Source: Candidatus Eremiobacteria bacterium (GTDB lineage: Bacteria > Vulcanimicrobiota > Vulcanimicrobiia > Vulcanimicrobiales > Vulcanimicrobiaceae). From it: a DNA stretch of 64,000 nt. The stretch covers positions 704,001 through 768,000 of the forward strand of contig CAVWUU010000004.1 of NCBI GenBank assembly GCA_963758295.1, in the 5' to 3' direction. Shown here piece by piece: positions 1 through 9,036 of the stretch. The notes beneath the pieces are model-generated. The model saw nothing but the letters and a program-made list of their open reading frames with translations. It was not told the origin of the DNA and searched no databases. A program made the position numbers and the translations under genes. How positions within the stretch are numbered: the first letter of the stretch is position 1; every line of letters starts with the position of its first letter.

Positions 1-421
1 GGACGGTCTTGGAGAATAGCTGCTGAAAGCCGTTGATCGGATTCAGTTTGCTGAACTTCGGCACGATGGGCTGCAGGGTGAAAAGGAACCCGAACTGCAG
101 CAGGTTTGCGGCGATCGCCGCGAACATCGCAAGAGCGAAGACCATTAAGAGCGGGAACGCGACGCCCGATGCGGCTTGAACGAATTGAATCCAGATGGAG
201 TGAAACGTCGGATCGCCATGCTGCGCAACGCGCTCGAATAGCGAACCTACGGATGATTGAAGTCCGACAATCATCCGGTTAAGAAATGCGTGCAGCGCGA
301 CGACCGACACGAGAAAAATCACGGCACCCGTTAAGTCTTGACTCTTTGGGACCTGGCCGCGTTCTCGTGCCTCCTCGCGCCGCTTCGGTGTGGCCTTCTC
401 GGTTTGTTCCGGTCTAGCCAT
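1..421 (-). CDS. flhB: Flagellar export protein FlhB, N-terminal part (runs off the window)
   Basis: Manual translation from ATG at 421: MARPEQTEKATPKRREEARERGQVPKSQDL, the typical FlhB N-terminus; lies after fliPQR. Confidence 0.93.
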   Translation of the reverse strand, partial: MARPEQTEKATPKRREEARERGQVPKSQDLTGAVIFLVSVVALHAFLNRMIVGLQSSVGSLFERVAQHGDPTFHSIWIQFVQAASGVAFPLLMVFALAMFAAIAANLLQFGFLFTLQPIVPKFSKLNPINGFQQLFSKTV

Positions 422-566
422 CGATGCAACTCGTGAACACTCTCCAGCTAGTATTCGGCTCAGAACGCCCTTTTCTACAAGCCTCTTCTAAGGAGGCAAG
501 CGGGAAGCAGAGCGCAGTCTGCCAATAAGGGAGGCTGATAAAAATCGAACCCCCAAGGAGACTACA

Positions 567-1580
567 TTGCAACGAACGCTGGGCTTGCTGGCCGGCGCGA
601 TAGCCGCCGTGCTTCTGGCCGCCTGCGGCAACGCAACTCCCATTGGAAGCACCGCGCCGGCAACGCCGACGCCATTTCCTCAGGGCGTATCTAACGAGTA
701 CAAGATCCCGACGGCCGGCTCGAACCCGGGCGGCCTCGTGAAGGGAGGCGACGGCTCGGTCTGGTTTACCGAGATCGCGGCTAACAAGATCGGCCGTCTG
801 TCGTCTTCTGCAACCATAACCGATTACGCCGTGCCTTCGGCCGGGGCCGCGCCGCTCTCGATCACCGTAGGCCCGGACAGTGCACTGTGGTTCACCGAGT
901 CCGGACGTGCCGCCATCGGCCGCCTGGCCATTGCGTCGCTCAGCTTTACGGAAATTTCGCTGCCGGTCGGCACCGCCCGGCCTTGGGGAATCGTCACGGC
1001 GCCCAACGGCTCGCTCTGGGTGACCGACCCGGGCGCAAACTCGATCTGGCAGGTCACGCCCGCCGGCGTCACTTCGCAGTACGCCTTGACCACCGCGAAC
1101 GCCGATCCGACGTCGATCACGATCGGCCCCGATAGCGCCATTTGGTTCGTCGAAGCGAACTCCAACAAAATCGGGAAGCTGCTGCCGAACGCCGCCCCAG
1201 GCACCGCCCCGTCGGAATTCCCGGTAACGGGTACCGGCCTCGGCGTGATCATTTCGGGAAGCGACAACGCCCTGTGGTTCACCGAGACGACGAGCAAGAA
1301 CATTGCCCGCATGCTGACCAACGGCACCGTCTCGAGCGAAAGCCCGCTCACCGGAATGCAGGCGCCCTTCGGCATCGTGCTCGGGGGCGACGGCAACTTT
1401 TACATCGGCGACGAGACCGGCAGTCAAATCGGCCAGTACAATCCGACGAACGCCGCAATCAAACTCTTCCCGACGAAGAGCACGCCGTCCAAGCCGTACA
1501 TGTTCGCACTTGGCCCCGACAACGAAGTCTACTTCGGCGAACAGGCCTCCAACAACATCGGCCAGTTCCGCTACTTCTAA
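567..1580 (+). CDS. Virginiamycin B lyase (Vgb)-like beta-propeller lipoprotein
   Basis: Lipobox LLAAC; repeated 'GPDxALWFTE...IG' blades; AAGGAG SD upstream of TTG. Confidence 0.85.
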   Translation: MQRTLGLLAGAIAAVLLAACGNATPIGSTAPATPTPFPQGVSNEYKIPTAGSNPGGLVKGGDGSVWFTEIAANKIGRLSSSATITDYAVPSAGAAPLSITVGPDSALWFTESGRAAIGRLAIASLSFTEISLPVGTARPWGIVTAPNGSLWVTDPGANSIWQVTPAGVTSQYALTTANADPTSITIGPDSAIWFVEANSNKIGKLLPNAAPGTAPSEFPVTGTGLGVIISGSDNALWFTETTSKNIARMLTNGTVSSESPLTGMQAPFGIVLGGDGNFYIGDETGSQIGQYNPTNAAIKLFPTKSTPSKPYMFALGPDNEVYFGEQASNNIGQFRYF

Positions 1581-1591
1581 CTTCGTACAAT

Positions 1592-1623
1592 AAAAAAGCC
1601 GCGGCGTTTGCCGCGGCCTTTTT
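1592..1623. terminator. Bidirectional intrinsic terminator
   Basis: aaaaaa-gccgcggc-gttt-gccgcggc-ctttttt. Confidence 0.85.
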
Positions 1624-1628
1624 AATTT

Positions 1629-2720
1629 GTCATCCTGAGCTTGTCGAAGGAAAGGCGCATTTCACGACGGCCCCTTCGTCATCCTAAGCTTGTCGAAGGA
1701 CAGGCGCATATCACGACGGCCCCTTCGTCATCCTGAGCTTGTCGAAGGACAGGCGCATTTCACGACGGCCCCTTCGTCATCCTGAGCTTGTCGAAGGACA
1801 GGCGCATTTCACGACGGCCCCTTCGTCATCCTGAGCTTGTCGAAGGACAGGCGCATATCAGCGACGGCCCGGATGCGCCTCTGGTTCGACAAGCTCACCA
1901 TGACGGCATCGCGCCCCTTCGTCATCCTGAGCTTGCCGAAGGACAGGCGCATATCAGCGACGGCCCGGATGCGCTTCTGGTTCGACAAGCTCACCATGAC
2001 GGCATCGCGCCCCTTCGTCATCCTGAGCTTGTCGAAGGACAGGCGCATATCAGCGACGGCCCGGATGCGCCTCTGGTTCGACAAGCTCACCATGACGGCA
2101 TCGCGCCCCTTCGTCATCCTGAGCTTGTCGAAGGACAGGCGCATATCAGCGACGGCCCGGATGCGCCTCTGGTTCGACAAGCTCACCATGACGGCATCGC
2201 GCCCCTTCGTCATCCTGAGCTTGTCGAAGGACAGGCGCATATCAGCGACGGCCCGGATGCGCCTCTGGTTCGACAAGCTCACCATGACGGCATCGCGTCC
2301 CTTCGTCATCCTGAGCTTGTCGAAGGACAGGCGCATATCAGCGACGGCCCGGATGCGCCTCTGGTTCGACAAGCTCACCATGACGGCATCGCGCCCCTTC
2401 GTCATCCTGAGCTTGTCGAAGGACAGGCGCATATCAGCGACGGCCCGGATGCGCCTCTGGTTCGACAAGCTCACCATGACGGCATCGCGCCCCTTCGTCA
2501 TCCTGAGCTTGTCGAAGGACAGGCGCATATCAGCGACGGCCCGGATGCGCCTCTGGCGACAAGCTCACCATGACGGCATCGCGCCCCTTCGTCATCCTGA
2601 GCTTGTCGAAGGACAGGCGCATCTCAGCGACGGCCCGGATGCGCCTTTGGTTCGACAAGCTCACGATGACGGCATCGCGCCCCTTCGTCATCCTGAGCTT
2701 GTCGAAGGACAGGCGCATAT
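1629..2720. repeat. Tandem array of REP-like hairpin elements: 4 x 49-bp units, then 9 x ~96-bp units plus a partial unit
   Basis: cttcgtcatcctgagcttgtcgaagg recurs (few substitutions) at 1674, 1723, 1772, 1821, 1917, 2013, 2109, 2205, 2301, 2397, 2493, 2587, 2683; 96-bp units also carry the inverted copy ttcgacaagctcaccatgac. Confidence 0.97.
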
Positions 2721-2860
2721 GACCATTGCGAATTGCGACCACTCAAGCAGTCCATACCCCGAGCGCACACCGAGCAGAACTGTTTAATTGGCGCGGATAT
2801 TTGGCATAAGAGTAGTGTCAAGTCAGAGCGAGAGGTTTAGTCCAATGGCTTAGCTTGCCA

Positions 2861-2895
2861 GGGCTGGGATTTTATCCCAGCCCAAACTTTTTTCT
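2861..2895. terminator. Hairpin at the fliR 3' end, possible terminator
   Basis: gggctgggat-ttt-atcccagccc followed by aaactttttt. Confidence 0.5.
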
Positions 2896-3674
2896 TAAGT
2901 TCGTAAGCCGCGCATGACGGTGTCCATCTGTTGCGCGATGTTTTGGAAAAGCTGCGGGCCGACGGATCCCAACAGCGGGATCGCGATGGACATCATGATG
3001 AGGCCCACGCCGATTTGCAGCGGCAGGCCGATGACAAACACGTTCATCTGTGGCGCCACGCGCGCGGCGAAAGCCAGGGCGACGTTCGTAAGGAACAGCG
3101 CGAGCACGACCGGCGCAGCGATCTTGAAGACGATGAGAAATGCCTGCGTGAGAAAAATCACGATATTGCCGGCGACGGCCGGGTCCAGGTTGATGAACGG
3201 CAGCGGAACGAGAGTGAACGAGCCGGCGATGCCCTGGATCAGCAAATGGTGCGCGTCGGTCGCAAGGAAAATCAGCGTGGCGATGGCGAGCTCGAATTCG
3301 CCGATGATTGTGACCTGCTGCTGGGTCGCCGGATTTAGAACATTCGCTACGGCGAACCCGATTTGCAAGTCGATGAGTTCGCCGGCAAACTGAATGCCGA
3401 TGAAGACGAGCTGCGCCACGAATCCCACGATCATGCCGAGGACGACCTGACTTACGATGCCAAGCGTCAACCCGTAAAGATCCGTAGAGGCCGGCACGAT
3501 CGGCACGACGCGGAACAGCATGAACGAGATGAACGCCGAGAATCCAAAACGCGCGAGAATCGGCACTTGCGGCGCGGAGAAAATCGGGAAGACGAACAGC
3601 ATCGCCGTCACTCGTACGAAGACGAGCAAAAACGTCTCGAACTGCGCCCCGGTTAGTCCAAAGACGTCTACCAT
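2895..3674 (-). CDS. fliR: Flagellar biosynthesis protein FliR
   Basis: Hydrophobic; 'AGELIDLQIGF', 'RVAPQMNVF' motifs; operon position. Confidence 0.95.
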   Translation of the reverse strand: MVDVFGLTGAQFETFLLVFVRVTAMLFVFPIFSAPQVPILARFGFSAFISFMLFRVVPIVPASTDLYGLTLGIVSQVVLGMIVGFVAQLVFIGIQFAGELIDLQIGFAVANVLNPATQQQVTIIGEFELAIATLIFLATDAHHLLIQGIAGSFTLVPLPFINLDPAVAGNIVIFLTQAFLIVFKIAAPVVLALFLTNVALAFAARVAPQMNVFVIGLPLQIGVGLIMMSIAIPLLGSVGPQLFQNIAQQMDTVMRGLRT

Positions 3675-3681
3675 CGGCCCA

Positions 3682-3951
3682 CTACTTCACGAAGTGGGCC
3701 ATATTGGAAAAGACACGACTCATGAAGTCGGTCAAGACCGCCAAAATGAACGGGCCGAAGAACAGAATCGCGAGCGCCGATATGACGATCTTCGGAATGA
3801 ACGCGAGCGTCGGTTCTTGGATCTGCGTTACAGCTTGAAAGATCGAAATCACGAGACCGATGATCATGCTTAGAATGAGCACCGGGGCGGCGGCGACAAG
3901 GGCCACGAAAATCGCTTCGCGTCCAAGCGAGATGGCATCGCCGAAGCTCAT
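3682..3951 (-). CDS. fliQ: Flagellar biosynthesis protein FliQ
   Basis: 'GLVISIFQAVTQIQEPTLAFIPK'. Confidence 0.96.
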   Translation of the reverse strand: MSFGDAISLGREAIFVALVAAAPVLILSMIIGLVISIFQAVTQIQEPTLAFIPKIVISALAILFFGPFILAVLTDFMSRVFSNMAHFVK

Positions 3952-4763
3952 TGTTTGAAGCTCTGAAAGAGCGCCGCAACGGTTAAGTTCCAGCCGTCGA
4001 CCAGGATAAAGATCAAAATCTTGAACGGCAGCGAGATGATCACCGGCGGAATCATCATCATACCCATAGAGAGCAAGACGCTCGCTACGACCATGTCGAT
4101 GACGATGAATGGAATGTAGATCGCGAACCCGATTTCAAATGCGGTCTTCAGCTCGGAGATGACGAAGGCGGGAACGAGCAAGTACGTCGGAACGTCATTT
4201 TGTTTCGCCGGCCGCGGCTCTTTCGAAATCGAATAGAACAGCTGCAAATCTTTGTCGCGCGTCTGCTTGAACATGAACGCCCGCAGCGGCTTCGCGGCCC
4301 GATCCAGGGCAACCGTTTGCGAAATCTGGTTCTTCATATACGGCTGAACAGCGTTAGCATTTACGTCTTTAATTACCGGGCTCATCACGAAGAACGTGAG
4401 CAGCAGCGCAAGGCCGATCAAAACTTGGTTCGGCGGCACTTGTTGCGTCCCGAGCGCTGTGCGCACAAACGACAAAACCACGACGATGCGCGTGAACGCG
4501 GTAACCATAACGAGCAACGTCGGAGCCAAGGCTAGCACCGTGAGGAGCAGCAGGATTTGAAGCGCCTGAACGACGTCGTGCGGATTCTTCGCTTGCCCGA
4601 CACCGAGATTGATCTGCGGGATCGGCACGGTGGGCGCGACGGGCGCTGTTGCAGCGGTCGCAATCGCCGGAATCACCCACAGCGTCGTGAGTAAAAGCGA
4701 AGCCGCAACGAGAAAGGCGCGGTGGCGCTCCCACACACGCTCGAAGACTCGAAGAATAATCAC
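3948..4763 (-). CDS. fliP: Flagellar biosynthesis protein FliP
   Basis: 'TAFTRIVVVLSFVRTALGTQQVPPNQV', 'LPFKILIFILVDGW'. Confidence 0.97.
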   Translation of the reverse strand: MIILRVFERVWERHRAFLVAASLLLTTLWVIPAIATAATAPVAPTVPIPQINLGVGQAKNPHDVVQALQILLLLTVLALAPTLLVMVTAFTRIVVVLSFVRTALGTQQVPPNQVLIGLALLLTFFVMSPVIKDVNANAVQPYMKNQISQTVALDRAAKPLRAFMFKQTRDKDLQLFYSISKEPRPAKQNDVPTYLLVPAFVISELKTAFEIGFAIYIPFIVIDMVVASVLLSMGMMMIPPVIISLPFKILIFILVDGWNLTVAALFQSFKQ

Positions 4764-5113
4764 TGTTTCCCGCGCAAATATTTGAAAGCGTCGGCCAAAG
4801 AAGCGCGCTGCGCCGAAAAGAGCGAGCGCTGTTCTTGCAGCCAGGTCTCAACGTCCTCGGCAGGCAGTTCGCCCAGTGTCGTTACTCCGCCGTTGCTCGC
4901 GCCGAGGAGCAGATATTTCGTTCCGGCCTTCACGACGTGCACGGCGGCGTGCTGCGAAAGCACTGTCGACTCGAGCACCGAAACCAGGCGCCGGTCCGCC
5001 GAAGCGAGCAATCGCCCGCGAGCAAGACCCCTTACAACGGCATAAAGGCCGCCGAGCATAAGCGCGACGACCAGAAGTGCCAGCAGATACTGCAGCAAAA
5101 ACCCCGAGGTCAT
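4760..5113 (-). CDS. fliO: Flagellar biosynthesis protein FliO
   Basis: Single N-terminal TM, beta-rich 'VHVVKAGTKYLLLG'; between fliN and fliP. Confidence 0.85.
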   Translation of the reverse strand: MTSGFLLQYLLALLVVALMLGGLYAVVRGLARGRLLASADRRLVSVLESTVLSQHAAVHVVKAGTKYLLLGASNGGVTTLGELPAEDVETWLQEQRSLFSAQRASLADAFKYLRGKQ

Positions 5114-5119
5114 GCGACC

Positions 5120-6010
5120 TTATCCCGCCTGAGGATTCAGTTCGCTGATCTTCACCGCGTACTTATCGTCGACGATGACGACCTCGCCGCGCGCGATGAG
5201 AACGTTGTTGACGTAAAGATCGATCGGTTCGGCCGCGAGCTTGTCAAGCTCGAACACGGCACCCGATGCGAGGGAGACCACTTCGCGAAGCGGCATGACG
5301 GTTTTGCCGAGGACGGCACTGATTTGCAGCGGCACGTCGTGGACGAGATCGAGATTCGCCTGGCCCGCCTGCGCCGTGCGCACGGGCGTCGGCTGCATGG
5401 GCGTATAGGCGACGCTCTGAGCGCTAGCCGCGCGGCTGCTGCCGCGCGGTTCGGGATCGGAACGAGCGCGCTACGGCAGGCTCGGCCGCCGCGGGCGTCG
5501 AGGAAATGCCGAGTTTCGAAAGCGTGATCGCGGCGAAGTCGATGCTCATCGTTGGATGCAGCTCCGCGCCGACTTGCACGCCGCCTTCGTATGATTCAAA
5601 CGGCGGAGGCGCAAGCAGCGTTGCGTCGCTGCACAACTCGGCGTGTACGCCGTCGGCGGAAGCGCCAAGTTCGTTTGGCCAGCTCTTCGGCCATTGCGCC
5701 GGCAATTTGCGAAACCGTTTCGGAGGCGATGGACAGTTGCATCGGGCCCATTTCGGCCATATCGTCGCTGCCGCCGAGCATCATGCCGACGACCTGTTGC
5801 ATGTCGGCTTTCGGAAAGCGCACGACGATCTGCGCGCCAAGCGACGGGATTTCGCGCGACGGTTACGAGTTCGCTGCCGTCGGTGCGAATCGAGCCTTCG
5901 TGGTCGTTACGCGATGCGCCGGTCGCTGCCGAAGGCTGTTCGACCAACCGGCCGAGCACGGTGCCGGCCGCGGCCAGCATGGAGTCGGCGAGTTGTTGCA
6001 TATCGGGCAT
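5120..6010 (-). CDS. fliN: Flagellar switch protein FliY/FliN (CheC-like N-terminus + FliN C-terminus), apparently frameshifted
   Basis: C-terminal 'NLDLVHDVPLQISAVLGKT...IARGEVVIVDDKYAVKI'; CheC-like 'QLSIASETVSQIAG' segment in another frame; split across ORFs 5546-6010, 5596-5823, 5424-5705, 5120-5398. Confidence 0.75.
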
Positions 6011-6013
6011 TCG

Positions 6014-7012
6014 TTAATCGTCCTCGTTCTCTAACACTTGTGCGACTTGCACGGCCAAGTGATCTTTGTTGATACCGGGGAAGACCCGGAACTTCTCTTT
6101 GTCGTTCACCGTCGCGCAGAGCGGCTCGGCTCGTCTCCTTATCGAAAACGATGATGTCGCCTTCGCTCAACGCCACCAGATCACGCAGCGAAACCATCGT
6201 CTTGCCTAGTTCGACTTCGACTTCGACGCCTGCGCGCTCGACGTTGCGCGTAAGTTGAGCGACGTCTTCTTCCGTCATGCCGCGTCCGGCCATCACGGTC
6301 GGGCGACCACTGGAAGTCCGTGAGCTGCTGGCTGATGGATTGCAGCACGAGGTACGGCAGGCAGAAGTTCATCACGCCGGCCATGTCGCCGATCTTCAGT
6401 TCCATCGAAACGTACGCCACGTCTGATCGAGCGGAATGATGCGCGGGATGAACTGCGGATTCGAGTCGAGCGCTTCGATCTTCAGCGAGAGCGTCAACAG
6501 GTAGTTCCACGACTCGCGATAGCTATTGAGCATGCGCGCCATGAAGCGCTGCATGAGCGTCCGTTCGATGTCGGTGAGGTCGCGCAGCTTGTTCGGAAAC
6601 CAGCCGGGCCCGCCGAGCAAACGATCGATGATCGAAAACACGAGATTCAGGTCGACCTGGACGATGCCGCTGCCGGGCAGGGGATCCATCGAGAAGTATC
6701 GCCAGAATCGACGGCGATGCCGATCGATGCGATGAAGTCGCCGTAGCTGATCTGCTCGATCGAGATGATGCTCGCTTCGACGCGCGTACGGAGATAAACC
6801 GAGAGCGAGTTGTTCAGCAGGCGCGTGAAGTTCTCGTGCAGCGTGCGAAGCGTCTGCAGCTGGTTATTCGTAAACTTGTCTAAGCGCTTGTTGAAACGGA
6901 AATCGAACGACTTGATCCGGCGGCCGTCAATCGCTTCCTTCGCCGGCGCACCGCCCTGGCCGGAAAGCTGATTGATAAGCGCATCGATTTCTTCTTGCGA
7001 GAGGCTCGACAT
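6014..7012 (-). CDS. fliM: Flagellar motor switch protein FliM, with several frameshifts
   Basis: 'LSQEEIDAL', 'IIDRLLGGPG', 'LTDIER', 'NFCLPY', 'VEVELGKT' in successive frames; shifts near 6720, 6420, 6300, 6130; TAA at 6014-6016. Confidence 0.88.
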
Positions 7013-7024
7013 GCGACCTTTTGT

Positions 7025-7770
7025 CTACTGCCCTTTCTCCGCCTTCGAAATCGTTGCGTTCAGCAACACGATATCGACGCGCCGGTTTTGCTGGCGATCC
7101 TCTTCCGTGCTAGATTTTTATTGCGCGGCTTGAACTCTCCGTAGCCTGCCGCGGACACGCGCATCGGATCGAATCCGTCGTGTTCGATGAGATAACGCGT
7201 TACGTTCACGGCGCGCGCCGTGGACAATTCCCAGTTCGTCGGATACTGCGCCGTATGAATCGGCACATTGTCCGTAAAACCCTCGATGCGGATCAGGTTA
7301 TCGTTCTTCTTCAGAAATAACTGCACGCCGTCGAGAATCTTCAGCGTCTCAGGGCGCATCTCCGCGCTGCCGCTGTCGTAGTAGGACTTGTCCGAGAGCA
7401 ACGTCACGACCAAGCCGCGGTGGTCCATGTGGACCTGGACCCGCTGCTGGAGGTGATTGCGCTCGACGAACTTCTCCAGTTCCTTTTGAATGGCCGGAAT
7501 GCTCGAGCTTGATTCAAAGGACTGCTGCCCGTTCGCTCCGCCGTTTGGCGGCTGGTTAACCGACCAGGTATTATCGAACCCGGCCGACACCTGCTTGGCG
7601 AATTCCTGAACCTTCACTTTGCTGATGTTCGACATGGCAAAGAGAATGATGAAGAGCGCGAGCATGAGCGTGATCATGTCCGCATACGTAAGCAGCCAGC
7701 GCATCATGCCCGCTGTCTCAGCTTCTCTCGCATTTGGGTGCTCGGCTTGCTGCGTTTTGCGAATGGCCAG
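7025..7770 (-). CDS. motB: Flagellar stator protein MotB (frameshift near 7110)
   Basis: 'WLLTYADMITLMLALFIILFAMS', 'NWELSTARA'; 'QQNRRVDIVLL' continues in another frame to TAG at 7025; frame open up to CTG at 7770, start uncertain. Confidence 0.9.
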
Positions 7771-8613
7771 TTATGCGGAAGACGCAGAGTACCCGGCTTC
7801 GCCTGCCATCGCGCCGCCCTCTTCGATATCCGTTTCACGTTCCTTCGGATCGAGGAAAGCCAGCAGCTTCTCTTCGAGCAGACGCGGATTGTCGCCGGCT
7901 TGAATGGCGAGAATGCCTTCGATCATGATCTCGCGCAGCAGCAGCAACTGTCCGTTGCGTTCTTTGATCTTCGTGCCGATCGGCAGCCACAGCAAGTTCG
8001 CGAACAAGATGCCGAAGAACGTTGCGACGAACGCCTGGGCCGTCGCGACGCCGATGGAGCCGGCGATATTCGAGCTGTTGCCCATGTCCGAGAGACCCTT
8101 GAGCATGCCGATGAGGCCCAGCACGGTACCGATGATGCCGAGCGTCGGCGAATACCCGCCGAGCGACATGAATACGGCCTCGGATTTCGCGTTGGCATCG
8201 TGCGCGTTGCTCACTTCGGTTTCGAGCACTTTGCGAATGATGTCCGTGTCGCGGCCGTCGATGACAAGCTGAATGCCTTTGCGCATGAAGTCGTCGTCGA
8301 GCGCGGCGGCCTCGTTTTCGAGAGCCAGCAACCCTTCGCGGCGAGCCTTTTCAGCGAACGAAACGAGCGTCGAAATTACGTCGCGCTCGTGGTAGTTGAC
8401 TTCCGAAAATGCCGTGCGAAGACCGCCGAAAAAGCCGCGTACGAACGTGCGCATGGGGAACGACGTTAGCGTTGCACCGACAGTACCGCCGACGATTAAA
8501 ACAAAGGCTTCCCATCGTCCAAAAATGACGTGGGCATCCGTGCCGCCGACATAGCCGGCTAAGAAAATAGCGCCGAACCCCAATATAAGGCCGGCTATTG
8601 TGGCAAAGTCCAA
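7771..8613 (-). CDS. motA: Flagellar stator protein MotA
   Basis: 'ARREGLLALE', 'PTLGIIGTVLGLI', 'EGILAIQAGDNPR'. Confidence 0.96.
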   Translation of the reverse strand: MDFATIAGLILGFGAIFLAGYVGGTDAHVIFGRWEAFVLIVGGTVGATLTSFPMRTFVRGFFGGLRTAFSEVNYHERDVISTLVSFAEKARREGLLALENEAAALDDDFMRKGIQLVIDGRDTDIIRKVLETEVSNAHDANAKSEAVFMSLGGYSPTLGIIGTVLGLIGMLKGLSDMGNSSNIAGSIGVATAQAFVATFFGILFANLLWLPIGTKIKERNGQLLLLREIMIEGILAIQAGDNPRLLEEKLLAFLDPKERETDIEEGGAMAGEAGYSASSA

Positions 8614-8652
8614 CGATCGCTCTCCGCAATAGGCAACTAGCGTCTATTCCTG

Positions 8653-8679
8653 GTATCGGCCGCGTGCGCCCTAACCTCA
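8653..8679 (-). promoter_or_regulatory. Putative sigma-28 promoter for motAB
   Basis: TGAG-N15-GCCGATAC on the minus strand. Confidence 0.5.
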
Positions 8680-8702
8680 AGTCCCGGGTAACAACCGCTT
8701 GC

Positions 8703-8900
8703 TTAGTCCCCTTCGGACGGCCCGTGGATTCGCCTCTTGAAGTCCACGATCTTCTGCTGGATGTCGCGCATCGAATCGCGCACGATGATGCGGTTGCCCG
8801 ACGTAAGCGTCACGACCGTATCGGGTGTCTCTTCGATTTGTTCGATCAGATCCGAATTGACCATAACGGGGTGGCCGTTCAACCGAGTTAGAGCAATCAC
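8703..8900 (-). CDS. flbD: Flagellar protein FlbD/SwrD
   Basis: 'MIALTRLNG...NSDLIEQIEETPDTVVTLTSG'. Confidence 0.92.
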   Translation of the reverse strand: MIALTRLNGHPVMVNSDLIEQIEETPDTVVTLTSGNRIIVRDSMRDIQQKIVDFKRRIHGPSEGD

Positions 8901-8942
8901 CGTCGTTCCTCACTTCTGTTTGTCGTAGGTGGCCGTAAGAGC

Positions 8943-8978
8943 AAAAAGCGGCCGGACCCTCCGTGGCCCAGGCCGCTC
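8943..8978 (-). terminator. Terminator-like hairpin between flgE and flbD
   Basis: Minus strand agcggcc...ggccgct followed by tttt. Confidence 0.5.
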
Positions 8979-9036
8979 CATTGCACCCGCGTCATCCTTG
9001 TCGCGAGTCACCGTCTAGTTCTTAAAGACTAGCGGT

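Noticed and set aside
567..1580. Streptogramin resistance lyase
   Set aside because: It is a lipoprotein with only fold-level similarity; catalytic function cannot be confirmed.
1629..2720. CRISPR array
   Set aside because: The sequences between repeats are near-identical rather than unique spacers, and no cas genes are in the window.
1788..2787. Repeat-protein ORFs (1788-2573, 1837-2787, 1809-2528)
   Set aside because: By-products of a 96-bp (multiple of three) DNA repeat, open in several frames on both strands, with no SD or recognisable domain.
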